DNA from: a bacterium
GTDB taxonomy: Bacteria; UBA8248
DNA: 64,000 nt
Reading direction: 5' to 3'
Assembly (NCBI GenBank): GCA_965213685.1
Contig: CBDBZY010000041.1
Span: forward strand, 512,001 to 576,000
A program made the position numbers and the translations under genes. The notes under the pieces are model-generated. The model made no database searches. It saw nothing but the letters and a program-made list of their open reading frames with translations, and was not told the origin of the DNA. The first letter of the stretch is position 1. Every line of letters begins with the position of its first letter. This document shows positions 11,492-24,964 of this stretch, in pieces.

Positions 11492-14452
11492 ACGAGACGT
11501 ACAACTAGTTTAGAGCACAGCATCGCGTGCTCGTACCTCGCACTTAGTAACAGGCGGTTACTACGGCTGAAATATTATCCTATTGGACGAAGCGCTTACC
11601 GGTTTAGAGCTGGGCATGCCGAGCTAGGCTCAGCCTAGTAACAGTTCGCTACGGCGTGCCTAGTAACCGCTAGTACGCTTGACCAGAGAGCGGTCTTGGG
11701 CGACGGTCTTGGGGGCGACTCGCGAGAGACTCGGAGCTGACAATGCACGCAGCGGTTGCTTTGTAAGCGGAGCTGATAGCAGTTTGATTTACATGTACGG
11801 TACACATGGCTATCGCTGTCTTTTGGAAAGTATCGGCTAGCTCCAGTAGCGGCTATCGAGGTAGCCTGGCATGCGCTGGTACGCGGTAACTACGCGGTTG
11901 CTATGTATGGACACTGGACGTGAGGGGAAGGTCTACGTGGCTTATAAGTGCCGCGGACATTTATAAGCCACGTCTCGTGGTTTATATGAGATTTATAAAC
12001 CACGCCCTGACCAATCAGATTACAGTATTCCGAGTAGCTGTGCTCTAAAATATTATAGTCTCATGCAAATCCCGTAATCCTCGAACTCACTGCACATGCA
12101 CATTGAGGGTAGTGTTAGCTGAAGGATACCGTATTATTCCCGAATTCCTGCCTATTATGCTCGCATTATTCTCAAATTCCCAGATGTACCTATTATGCTC
12201 AAAATTATACCGGCATAATGTATCAATGCCTAGAGGGAGGGAGGGAAGGAGGGGGGAGGGGGGAGGAAGACAGAAGGAGTGATGTAAGAATAGTGGCATG
12301 TAGGGAAGGTGAACTATCTATCAGCGTTTTGGCAACTAACTATCAGCGTTTTGGCAAAATAAAGTTAGGTGCATCTTTAATAGGTTCAACACTATATACT
12401 TGGAGGGAATAGCAAAAGCTCACCTGTATTAATAGCATATTGGGCAGGTTCAGGTGATAACTTACATGATATTGACTACAATCACAAGAGAGTGGGTGTT
12501 GTGCATTTTTTTTTGCATTACACAAAGCAATATTACAGGATGAGTCAACTAGTGTAGCAGTTGAGCATGTTTTTGTCTATGTTCTATGGAAAAAAGTGCA
12601 TCCATTTTGTGATTTTTTTGGAGTTTCAAGCAGTCGCGATCGGCTCTGATCTCTTTGAAACATCTTCAGTCAGAAATTGTTTGCCTGTACAAAGAATTGA
12701 TATAGCCTTGCAGCTCATGACCTTATCCCAGTTGATTTTGGGAGTATGAAGGAAACTGTATTCGTTTGTTCCCCATGCACATCCTGTTTATTATTACTTG
12801 TAGATCTACTGTTGTTTACAGTGGACTACAGCTAGTTTACTAATTATTACACAGTGTGTGCTTTATGAGAAAACTTTCCATCATTTTTAAAGTATATAAA
12901 TTGTTGTGTAATGACCTTACGACTTGTGCTCTTTTCTATCAAACTCCTTGTAAATACACCTACTGAGTTTTTTGTAACATGATCAGTCAGCACTCACCAC
13001 CCATACCTTTCTAACATCCTACTACACCTCCATTCACTTGTACAGCTTTCTTTCATGTGATGATCAAATAGTACAGGGACAGCTGTACTAATACACATGA
13101 TAGATACATAGGTAGCTACAAACATGGTTTTAGGCTACGCTAACACAGAAGTTGCACAATTAACGATTCAAAAGCAAAACCACAAAGCAAAGTATACAAT
13201 TCTCCAATTAAAGCAGCTTGAAGAATTTTACCAGAGCGAGATCTCCTTCTATAATTTTGTTGCTCCAGAAATTTCTAACTAACTCAACTCTCTCCTCCAG
13301 TTTGCTTTTCATCTTCCTCTTTTCAGTCTAGCGTGCCTCTGCAATATTTCTATAATGTCGAGCTAGTGTTAGAGCTTTATTCCTCTCCTTTCTAGTTCTT
13401 TCCTGCACCGTACCGCAGGTACTGTTGCTGACTTGCTGTTGCAGCTGCAGCCAGGTTTGTTTTCAGAGACTGAGTCACAACAGCATCAAGCAATAGTGGT
13501 GCAGTATCAGAGTCATTTTCCATATTTGGTCTTTGAGCATATAATACTGCCTTGCAATCCTGCTTGCCTCAATATTGCGACAAAGAGTTTCATTAGCTCT
13601 TGCTTCTCTAATTCTTGCATACTGTAGTTCTTGATCCTCATCTCTCTTCTTCCTTTCCTCTATTTCTTGCAGGTGAACCACACTAAATTTCACAGTACAT
13701 TCATGTTCAACCTTTGCCTTGAGGGACTGATTCTCCTGTGTCAGTTGTTGATTCTCCAGGACCAGTTGTGTGTTTTCTTCTCCACTGATGCAATCTGATC
13801 ATTCTTCTCCTGTTCTTTTGACTGCATTTCTCGTTGCAGTGTTCCAATCCTCATTTCTCTTCTTCCTTTCCTCTATTTCTTGCAGGTGAACCACACTAGA
13901 TTTCACAGTACGTTCATGTCAGCGTTGTTTTATGCCATCCAAAGTACCAGACTGCCAACTCTCCTTTTTAGATTTGTGTTTATTTAAATGATAATGCTTT
14001 CACCTATCTTTCTTTATTTGCAATGAACGATGTCCTCTGTGTGTCTGTAGAGAAATAATTATATCTATGTTAATAGTTACTGCAGATATGAGGTTAGACA
14101 TATGTAACTATACACATATATACTGCCTGCTGAATGCTGCCAAGTGGCAGGCCTCAAATCAGAAATGTGAATACACAAATATTTTGGGCTGACCCTTTTT
14201 TGTGTTGTAGTAGTACTATTAGTAGATCATAGGCTATTATTAGGTTGTGCTATTTTTGTATATTCCTATTTAGGTGTACTATATTTGTTGTAGTCTGGAA
14301 GTCTGCTGATTTAATACCAGTGTTTACAGTGTCACCTCAGAAATTGCTATCTTGTGGTTTGCATGCAGAGTACTGGTTTCCTGTTTGACTACTCAGCTGC
14401 ATTTGACAGGCTACTGATAAACATTTTAAGAGTACACAGAACTATGCCGCAT

Positions 14453-14582
<130 letters not shown>

Positions 14583-14627
14583 CCACACCTGCATACATAC
14601 GTGTACAAACATACGCGCATCACATAT

Positions 14628-14800
14628 CCCTGCCTGCCTGACCACACAAGAGACAGATCTCAGGTCAGAAATGTGGACACAAGTCACACACCCCTGCCTG
14701 CCTGACCACACAAGAGGCAGATCTCAGGTCAGAAAGACACACATCACACATCTCTGTCTGCCCAACTGCACAAGAGACAAGATGTCAGGTCAGAAATGCG
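14628..14800. repeat. Imperfect ~60-65 bp tandem repeat
   Basis: cctgcctgcctgaccacacaagag.cagatctcaggtcagaaa, about 3 copies. Confidence 0.7.
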
Positions 14801-17800
14801 GATATACAATACACACATGTACCCACACGAACATATACCCATGTACATATCACATATTTCTGCCTGCCTGATGCAAATAGGCAGATGTCATATCAGGGGC
14901 TTACACGTACAAACACCATACACCCTTGTGTGAGATATAGACACTCATCATGTATAATCCATTTACATGGTTGTAGAAAACAATACCTTAAAAGTGGAAT
15001 GAAAATTGAGGTTTCGTTTCACTTGAGCCACACTGTTACATCTTCAAGGTGTTTCAGTATCACAAGCAGGGAAACTTGATGATGATAGGGGTGATAGGCC
15101 ATGTTTTTGAATAAATATCCTGTATGAACATATACACCACCAGGATGAGAGAGAAAGATTAAGTGTGAAATGGACGGAGGCAGAGATTAGAGCAAAACAG
15201 GCTGGCATATATGTAGAAAAAGCTCACCACAAGTGCTTTTCCTCCTTTGAAAGTAATGCGACAGCTCTTGGAGAGGCATCATTCATCACAGACTAGTGCG
15301 AGTATCCCACGCTATTCAGCATGCGCATGCGTAGTTGCGTCTTTATCGTACTATTAAACAGCTCCTCGTGAGTGTTTGTGGTTGCAGTTGCTACCAAGTC
15401 CAGTTACATTGATTTTTCAGTGTGTACCATCCTTTGAAATGGCATCTGGCAACTTTTATGGGAGAGGAGCTATGTTCACTTCAGGATCCGGTTCAAATGG
15501 AGGTGACGGAAGCGATGGAGGATTTGCATGTTCTATACCTACAGTACGCCTCGTTCACATTTAGTGCAGCCACCCAGTCATGAACTAGCTAGATTGAACC
15601 AGAAGTTAGATCAAATGTTTGTGGTAATAACAGAGCAAAAGTCGGCGATAGAGAAAGGTAAGGTGTGGATGTTATTGGTAAATCAAAACTGCTATAATAC
15701 AGAATTCCACTGTTTTCTAGATATACAAAAAGTGCTGATCTCAAGCAACAAGTTCAGACATTAGGGAGAACATGAGTGAAGTCAGAGCATCAATGAAATG
15801 ACTTCAAGAGTCAGGAAAGTTAAAAAGAGGTCATATCCCCAAGGACTTATCTGTAAGGGCATTTTATATACAACTTGTTTTGTCCGCTGCAGTTTACAGT
15901 TTCCTTTGTTTTGCAGAAGTGTGTAAAAGACGTCCACTCTAAGTAAGGAAGAACAGTTCAAAGGTTCTGAATAGTAAGTTTACTAATTGTGATTGGTGTA
16001 TGCTTTCAGCAACTATCTGCTTTCTTATAGCTATACCAGCACACACAATGCTCAAGTGAAAGAGACTATAATGAGTGATATGAAAGTGAAGTTTATGGGC
16101 GCATACTCACCTGTTAGAATCAAGAGTAAGGATCACATGAAATGTTATATGTAAAATATGTCTGTTACTAGCTTAGTTCCAAAGGTCTGTGTTTAAGTAT
16201 TTCCTCATGCCACTGTTATGTGCTAATTGGCTGTACTTCAATTACTACCTAGAGAGCACATCCTGTTTGAACAATCTTGTTGATAACGCTTCCTCTTAGC
16301 TGTGTTACTACAGTAAAAGGATCTCTTGCATACAAAATTTTGGAGCTAAACAGGTCAGATGTTTATGTACATCATCAATGTATTATTCCTTGTACCTGCA
16401 GGATCCATCCATCGGACTTACCAGAAGTACAAAAACAGCAAACCAAAAAAAGGTTTTCAACAAAATTATACGTCTTAATTTCTCCCTTCTCTTTATTGAA
16501 TGCACAAAAATGCATCATTCACATGCGTGTGTGTGCGGACACACACACACACACACACACAGCTGTACAGCAGACAAAAAAGTTTCCTCAAGAGGGAAGA
16601 GGAAATAAAGAAATGGTCTGAGGTAGGTCCAGCCTACATGACAGAGGAGAGTGAAGCTGAGGGAGATACCATTCAATAGCATCCTCTCAAGTGGCGGTCT
16701 GAAGGTATGTCATTTTCTTTTATCTCTCATCTCTCCTTACTTTTTCTTTTTCTGCGGAACTGAGCAAATGGTCCAAAGGATTGATCATAGAATTGAAAAA
16801 GAACCACTGCATGGAACAATACAGCTGAAGAGGAGGGAGCGTTCTGTGCGGTCCGACTCTGGCCCACCCACAACTTTTCTGAATTGGGCAGTAGATCCTG
16901 CCTATCAGAGACGATCTACAGTCCTGATTCCATGTAATGAAAGTTTGTCATCTGGCCAAATATTACAGCTCAGTGATTCAGAATCACAGACCACATCAAC
17001 CCAGGACTCTGACTGTAGTAGTGATTAGACTAAGTATTGCATTGTGTTAGATTTGAATTCAAGTTTCTATTTATATTTATTTCGATAATTAAAGAGACCC
17101 CCAAGTATATAGTGTGGTTCTAGTATAAGTACTCACTAAACGGCATACTGTGTATGCCCATGAAGGTTTTGTCACGATGTGGTGGACGGCACCGTCCTGT
17201 ATTGCCTGTGGACAGGAAGCAGATACCGCTTACACGTCAATGGCGGGCACCGTAAAAATCCCGTATAAATGTTCCCAATACGGACTAATACAAGGTCTGT
17301 CCAGAGCTCCGCGAACGCTGCGATTTACCCCACCTCAAGTTTTATGACAGAATTCATTTGCCATCAGTACGGTATCTGCAATCCGGTACTACACTTCCTG
17401 TGAAGAATAACATAATATTATATGCACCAACACTTCATTATGAAAAATGTGATTACAATTGCAGTATACAAAGTTTTCCACTAACCTCCTGTTACATGCT
17501 GTATACATGTAAACCAGATGCTTATAGGTGATATTTTCACAAATGTTTGGGTATAATTAACCCAACACACATAATAGCAGGTTGTATAGTGTGCGCATGC
17601 TTTCTTTACTATAGTAGTGTTAGCAAAATGTATATAATTATGTACATGTAAACCACAATGAACGTTCCACAAATTTGGGGGTGTAAGCCAACACTGCACA
17701 CATAATAGCAGGTTGTAGGAGTGAAGTAACATGTATTGCATAGCAGCATACACAAATTATTAAATGTAAAATCAAATCACTAGTGGTAGTTCACATGACA

Positions 17801-17840
17801 TTGTACAGTTGTGCATAGTGAGGTGTTATCAGAGAAACAA

Positions 17841-20819
17841 TCAGTGTTGCTCTAATGATCCTACCCATACTTGCTGGGAATGCCCCCAAACATCCTCCCC
17901 TCCAGCCACAAGCAGTTCACCAGAGGGGAGTACTGCACAAGAGGGAGCCCACATTCCCACAGGAAGCTCTCCACACCTGCTCCATTTTTCCCCTTCTGCT
18001 TCATATCTGTAGAGCTCCTTTCTTTTCCCCCACCCTCCTACCAGTAGCAAGTGGTTCTGCAAGGCTAAGAGTGTGGGGCCACGTACTGGAGGGGATGGCA
18101 GTTCCTGCCATGTTGGGCCAGTGGTGGTATTGCGAGTTGCGTTTGATATGAGGGTGGGGAGGTGGGCAGAGAACATGTGAGGCCGACCACCACTCCAGTG
18201 ATATGATGAGATGTATACGTAATCACTAATGATGACTGCTGTCATGCGGTGACCCCCCATAGACAGTGGCTGTGCACTGTACCACTGGTGAGTGGAGCAG
18301 TCCAGGACTTCTACTGTGTCCTTGTTGGGGTACCCACATGCCACAATGAGGTATTGCTGGTAGCCCACAGCAGCTGACCATGCTCTACCATTTGGCATTC
18401 TTGGGTAGTGCTGAGTATTCCAGCGGTGACCCTCACTGTCCCATGATTGGATAGCAGTGCTGCCTTCCTCACCACCAGCTAGTAATAGCTGGTCCTTGAC
18501 TGATGCCATGGAAAACCAGTGCTCAGTGCTCTTTGGCAGCTGAGACCATTCACCAGTGGTAGAGTTGTATTGCACTATGACATACTCATTGCTGCCCTCC
18601 TTAGCAAACCCACCTCCAATGTGGACATGTCCCTTCAGTAATACAGTTTGGGCACACAAGACTCCAAAGGGCAAGTCCTTTCCTCTCCTCCATTTGAGTG
18701 GGAGGGGCCATCTCAGTGGCTGGACCTGGGGCTATAATGAGGTGAATGATGGCAGGGAGGGAGAGAGGGAGGGAAGGAGGGAGGAGGGAGGAGGGAGAGA
18801 GGAGGGAGAGGAGATAGGGAGAGAGGAAGAGAGAGAGGCGTAAATGAGAGGAGGGGGTATAGGGGAGGTAGAGACACCAGGGGAGGGGAGGGAAGGAGAG
18901 GGGAGGGGGAGGGGAAAGGGAGGGGGAGGGGGAGGGGAAAGGGAGGGGGAGGGGGAGGGGAAGGGGGTGGGGGAAGGGGGGGGAGAGGAAGGGGAGAGGG
19001 GGTGGGGAGGGGAGGCAGGGAGGGGGAAGGGGAGGAGGGGAGGGGGAAAGGGAGGGAGGGGGAAGGGGAGGGGAAGAGGGGGAGGAGGGAGGGATGAGAG
19101 GAGGGGTGGGAGGGATGGGTGGAGGGGAGGGTGGAATGAGGAGGAATGGAGGGTGAGAGGGGGGGAAGAGGACAGAATAACCACAGCTCACAGATTTTGG
19201 TTTGGCTGGAGATGTCTTGTATACTGCAGAATTCTTGGTTGTCTGCAAAGAAAGGAAAGAGATCGAGGTGGAGTGAGGCATGCAAGAATAGAGAATGCTA
19301 ATCTGCTTTGTCCTCCTTTCCTCTCTTCCTTGCTTTGTTCTTTTTTGCTTCCCCTCGCTATCATTTGCACTTGGAGCATTACCTGCACATCAGCTTGCAG
19401 TGGTCCTTGAGGGGTCATCTGAGAGTGACCTTTTGGGCTGGGACTGAGCCTAGGGGGAGTCTGGAGGAGACAGGTTTGCTGTGTTTAGTTCATGACAAGA
19501 GATTACTAATCACTACAACAACTTTGTGATATGCACCAATCCTATCAGTTTCCTGCAAAGAATCAGTACTGAGAACTCTAATACTAGAGTCAGTAGCATG
19601 ATAACCAGTACATGAATTGATCTCCTCTACTTATAAAAATCATGCATATAACAATACTCACCAACACTTGCTTGCTCAGCCGTTCAACCTCTGCCTTGAG
19701 GGACTGATTCTCCTGTGTCAGTTGTTGATTCTCCATGACCAGTTGTGTGTTTTTCTTCTCCACTGATGCAATCTGATCATTCTTCTCCTGTTCTTTTGAC
19801 TCCATTTCTCGTTGCAGTGTTCCAATGTGCTGGTTCTTGTGTGACTCAATCTGCTGGGTTTGTTTCTTCACTGTCTGCACCAACACCAACCTGTCCATGT
19901 GGCATTCTGCATCATCGATCTCACCCCTGGCCCGCTCCAGTAGTTGCACCACCTGATGGATTGAGGGCCGATCCTCTGGAAAGCTTTTGAGGGATTGCTT
20001 GATCATCTGCACAAGAGGATGGTCATCACAGAACTGGCTGTAGATCTTCTGCATGTACTCCGCTCGCCGCTCCAGCTCATCTCGAAAAACATGCCTTCGG
20101 TGCTCATCTCGGTACACTTGTGCCAGAACCTTATGGGGGAAGCGTTGTGTGAGGGTGAAAATGGCCACCACACCCAGCGAGAAGATGTCGATCGTCATGT
20201 CGTATCGAGACTCGTCTTCCAGTGCCTCTGGGGGCATGTAGATAGACGCACCAGGTGCTTTGGTCATGGTGGCTACCTTCAGGCTGGGGACAATCCTAGC
20301 CATCCCAAGGTCCGCAATTTTGGCTCTCATGGCGGAGTTAAGGAGAACGTTCCTCGCTGAGAGATCCCGATGGATCAACGGCGGAGAACGGCTGTGCAGG
20401 TAGCAGAGACCTTGAGCGACGTCGTAGAGGAACGAGTGCTTGAGGCTCAGGGGAATATCAGGCCGAGTCTCCAGCAGGTCGTGGAGGCTGGTCAGCAGTC
20501 GCTCCATCACCAGCGCAGGAAGTCGCGAGTCCGGCAGCACGCAGATGCCGAGAAAGAGGACGATGTGTGGGTGGCGGAGGGTGCTCATGAGTCGGCACTC
20601 CTCAACGAACTGGCCTGCCGCCCTCTCCATCTCAGCCTGCGGTATTTCGGAGCGGTCTTGGAAGATGTCGTGGATCTTCTTGATGGCGCAGACCGCTCCA
20701 GGTATCTCCCCCTCCTCCACGCTGCCGTAGGCTCCTGAGCCGATTCTTGTGCCGGTTAGTCGCACGTTTTGGAGCTGAAACGCCCTCAGCTCGGGGTAAT
20801 CGCGAAGGAGATTCGCCAT
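17841..20819 (-). CDS. TKL-type protein kinase - coiled coil - Kelch propeller protein, copy 1 (4 exons, 731 aa)
   Basis: Exons 20819-19662 (IGSGAYGSV, AIKK, HRDLSARN, DLG, YMPPE, then heptads), 19478-19383, 19242-19192 and 18731-17841 (Kelch C). All introns GT-AG and phase 0; the frame is open throughout. Confidence 0.88.
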
Positions 20820-21121
20820 AATAATTGTCGAACGCTCTCTGTGAGAAAATGAACAAACAAGGGCTAGTGATTTATTCTAGTCACGTGAGGAGGTGAATAC
20901 CAATAATTATGTTATAAATACCGATATCCAGGTAACCGCGTGCATATTGTTGTATGTATCACTGTGATATTCGTGTTCGTGTCACGGCTTTACAGCGCAG
21001 CGCTAGAGCCACACGTATTTCCGTGCACGCATGCGCGTCGTCTCATGGTGGTCCACTGAGGAGGTTCGTATGTAGATGTTATGGAACTGCAGCAGTTCAC
21101 TAGGGATTAGCCTGCATGAAC

Positions 21122-22240
21122 CAAGCCCGTAGGCAGGGTGGGTGCGTAGGGTGCGTACGCACCCGCCCCGTTTGCACAAAGGTCCACCTTGAGCATTATA
21201 GTTAACCCTTTAAGGACGATAAGTGTTCCTTTTGGATACAAATTAAAACGTTTACACAGCTTGCCACAAACATCCAATTGTGGCGATCTAATAGTATTAG
21301 ATAACGCAAAGGTAAAATGGCAAGTAGTTAGCGCAGTGGCGTCATAACGTATACCGCTGCGCTAATAAGTGGGCGTGAACTCGTGGTTCGAAAGTGCTGA
21401 CTCAGCACTTTTTGCCGACCTACATGTGCGTTCCGAGCCTTCCTTGAGGGCATCGAGGTTGAATTTTGGCATGGAAACGTAACAACATTCGTTTTAAGCG
21501 TAGACGGAGCGAAAACTCTCCAAGTCTAAGAAATTCCGAGTTATGTCCAGGTCAAGCTGTCCCGCTTCAATGTACACGCGTGATGCGGAATGGCTCGAAC
21601 GGTACTCACGTAAGGCTCTGAATCCTGTCAACCATTGAATACAACCGCTTCAAACATATGTACCATTCTTCCATATGCATATGCCATACCAGATTGCTTT
21701 GTGCCGCGGGAGCAAGAATGTAGGGTGCGCTAAAAAATAGTCACATGCGCAAAAGTTAGCTAATTGCTCTTATCGTCTATAAAGGGTTAATGTACGTTGT
21801 GTAGTTGTTGCGTAACTCAGCGTTTTGATGTGCGGAGCGAGCGTGTCACGCCTACTTCCAGTATAATGCGCATGTCTGCCCACATGCTAGTCTCGTGAAC
21901 CAGATCGAATGCTCATTCGCAGCGAATCCCTTCCTCCCCTCCCCCTTTCGCTCCCTCATCACGGGACTACGTGGGTACGTGAACCAACGATGCTTGAATT
22001 GGAGTCTTTGCTCATATACGTAGCATTATATACGTCTGTGTGTACGATACTTAACAGTTTATTGTTGGTAAGTGTACACCACATTTGACAAATGTATATC
22101 ATCGGCATTATAGTACTTGAACTAACACACCACTTCATGTAATTGTAACATTCTCTGAATGTGTAACTTAGCCTTATTTAATAAGGTCCACTTAATCAAA
22201 AGAAAGCACCCACCCACTCCGTTTGCTGCCTATGGGCTTG
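21122..22240. mobile_element. Non-autonomous hAT-like element with 5-bp TSD (hAT5-type)
   Basis: tgaac|caagcccgtaggcag ... ctgcctatgggcttg|tgaac; empty site near 57800. Confidence 0.75.
21206..21786. mobile_element. piggyBac-type MITE nested in the preceding element
   Basis: TTAA|ccctttaaggacgataag ... cttatcgtctataaaggg|TTAA. Confidence 0.85.
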
Positions 22241-23378
22241 TGAACTGATGGTGAGAGAGCCTTCCTTGCACAACCGTGGCCAATAATAGCAGCTATTACT
22301 AGGCATAACAAGGACGGCACTCTTTCACCACTGCTTCAGGATATTCTGTGGAGTCTCAATGTAGGACCATCCTCCATATACCCATCACCAGACAGGACTA
22401 CCATGTCATATTAGGATAATTAACCCTCCCGCGCATGCGCGGAGGGTTATTGTAGTCGGTGTGTGTAAATTGCAATTGTTCGTGAGCTTATAATTATAGG
22501 GGGACGCTGCATGCAGAAAAACACCCCACATTGTGGTCGCTACTCTTTCCACACCTGAGCTGTATGGTACAGTATGTGGTAGCAAAATGATTATGTCTGT
22601 ATAATTATAGCCACTTCATCCTCTCACTAGACCAGACTGAAACAGCTCTTAGCCACGTGCAGATGCCGATCGGGGTGTGAGCCTCCAAGGCCATTCTCTA
22701 TCTGCTGTGCTGCTAGTCCTTGAACATGCAATGAAAGGAGCCCCACCCACTTTCACATTCTGATGCCAGCTTGTGGCATGACGTCACTCAGAGCGGCACC
22801 TCAAGCTCCCACAGCTACGGTCAGCTAGCACTGCTTCCCGGGATCCTGCACGTCACGTTGCCCGCCCACGTGATCCACCTCATCCTTGCCCTCATTCTCC
22901 TTCTCCTCCAGTGGTACTTGGAATACTCAGCTGTGCAGAAAGAAGTTCTTGGGTTAGTATGACTAGCCTACCCCTGGCCCTTGCCCTATCAAATGACCAA
23001 GTTAATGAGCAAAAGTCCCCTCATGTATTGTTAGTGTCTCTCAGGCTCAGTGCTGCCAAGTGAGCACTGCTGTACTAGCCGAGCAATTTGAATGTCTACC
23101 ATATCTGCTAGCAATAATTGTGTAACTTCCACAGATCAAGATAGCTGATGCACATGTACAGTACATGCAAATACAAATAGAGACCACTCACATGTACATG
23201 CACACACAAATTGTTCTCCAGTCCAGTGGCTACATACAGGGCAGAGGGAGAGTACAGAGAGCACCAACTAACAATGCCACACACTTTGAATGAATAACAT
23301 TGCAATGATTAGCAACAGTACATACACATGTAAGTCCATCTCACAAAACAATTACTATGCAGTACATTTTGATAATGA

Positions 23379-23530
23379 TCATTTTGAGGACTCCTCATAC
23401 ACACTCCTCCTGTACTGTCCTCTGTCTGGTAGTATGTAGAGGGCAAGACTGTCGATGACTGTGGTAGTGAGAGTGAGGAGACCCATCCCAGATGCCAGGT
23501 GGAGAAGGAGGGTGAGTAGGGAGAACAGGC
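23379..23530 (-). pseudogene. P2X purinoceptor last exon (TM2 + C-tail), orphan fragment
   Basis: GLFSLLTLLLHLASGMGLLTLTTTVIDSLALYILPDRGQYRRSVYEESSK* fits the P2X TM2 pattern GxF...SGxGLL...D...Y; cag acceptor; no ectodomain exons seen. Confidence 0.75.
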
Positions 23531-23653
23531 CTGAGGGAGGGAGGGAGGGAGGGAGGGAGGGAATGAAATTAAGGGAAGGAGTTACATGTACATTACTTAT
23601 TTTGGTAAAGAAACATGCAGCAATTGAGAGAATAATATTACCTTGCCATTCAC

Positions 23654-23722
23654 CTTGCCTTCTCCCGGATTCTGCAGTCCTGAACATTCCACAAAACAGT
23701 CCCATTCCCAATCTGACAGCAC
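23654..23722 (-). pseudogene. CTR9: Degenerate CTR9 internal exon (AVRLGMG...EKAR), frameshifted
   Basis: Matches CTR9 [21 protein letters not shown]; paralog at 42847-42907. Confidence 0.65.
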
Positions 23723-23801
23723 CTGGAACAGAAAAAGAACATACATGTACCATATCATGTACATATATACATGGATATACCATGTGTGAATGGGTCAAGT
23801 T

Positions 23802-24964
23802 ATAATGGAACGTTATGTTGGTACCCTAAAATTAAACATTTTTGAAGTACAATTGTTAGTATAGTTGTATGCCTTTTTCTATTACACATTTCACTCTGGT
23901 TTTAGGGAGAGAGCTACTCTTAAAGCTTGCTCCAGTAATTTGCATGAAAACTGAAGTGAAGAAGTCACAGATGTACTTCACAAAATTAATGCACTTCACA
24001 TGTCAGGAGGTATGGGAGGTATACCTTTTTGACATTGCAGTAGCATGAAACCCTCCAACATTATAGCCTCACCACTTACTCTGTACAGTGCATGAACTTC
24101 AAAGTAGCTGTGGGTTACTACATGTATGAGTGCATGGACCATGGCATTCAGTCATGAATGCATGCACCCATACATGTACTTGAGTAGTCAAGTTGATGCA
24201 CTGTGTGAAGGAAGTAGGTCTGAATGCTGTGGATCCATGCACTCATACAATGTCATATAGTAACCCACAGCTACTTTGAAGTTGATGCACTATGTGAAGG
24301 AAGTAGGGCCGAATACCATGGATCCATGCACCCATACATGTACTTTGAAGTTGATGCACTGTGTGAAGGAAGTAGGGCTGAATCCATGCACTCATACATG
24401 AAATCTCAGTCAACAAGACAAGGCAAATCAAAGCAACTACGCCCGAAGACAACTCCTTTTTCTCAAGAGAGAAAAAGGAGCTGCCTTAGGCGGGATTCAA
24501 ACCCGCAACATCCTGCATACTAGGCAGACACTCTACCAGCTGAGCCACCAAGGCAGCCCAGCTGGGCAGGCTGAATCTTTAAAGGTTATGCAATGCAAAG
24601 GGCGTCTCTCCCCTGATAAACAGGGTAACTCTAACTCAGTACTGTGGAGTAACCCACAGCTACTTTGAAGTTGATGCATTGTGTGAAGGAAACAGAGTAC
24701 TAAGTGGTGAGGCTATAATGTTAAAGGATTTCATGCTACTGCAATGTCAAAAAGGTACACCTCCCACACCTCATGACATGTGAGGTACATTTGTGATGTA
24801 CTATATTTTATGACTTGTTGTATCATTTTCATGCAAATCACTGGAGTAAAAGTAGCTCCCTAAAACTAGAGTGAGCTGCGTAACAGAAAAAGGCATACAA
24901 CTTTACTAACAATCATACTTCAAGAAGGTTTAATAATAGGGTACCAACATAATGCTCCATTTTA
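23802..24964. mobile_element. Foldback element with ~300-bp diverged inverted arms, internal tandem repeats and a nested SINE
   Basis: 23805-24120 is an inverted copy of 24648-24964 (e.g. ttttgacattgcagtagcatgaaa / tttcatgctactgcaatgtcaaaa); internal gttgatgcactgtgtgaaggaa x4. Confidence 0.75.
24405..24645 (-). mobile_element. tRNA-derived SINE
   Basis: A box TGGCTCAGCTGG and B box GGTTTGAATCC on the minus strand, followed by a pyrimidine-rich tail. Confidence 0.7.

Larger units (their letters stand above)
11022..12232. mobile_element. hAT-type MITE carrying a nested hairpin element
   Basis: TIR taggcattgatacattatgc / gcataatgtatcaatgccta; 8-bp TSD gagggagg. Confidence 0.8.

Noticed and set aside
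19745-20738. Antisense ORFs over the kinase exons (also 56706-57391) and over the Kelch and hAT ORFs
   Set aside because: Shadow frames of GC-rich coding sequence.
22778-22786. TGACGTCA CRE-like sites (also near 57543 and 61603)
   Set aside because: Short motif; its recurrence is largely explained by duplication, and the site near kinase 2 is not retained in kinase 1.
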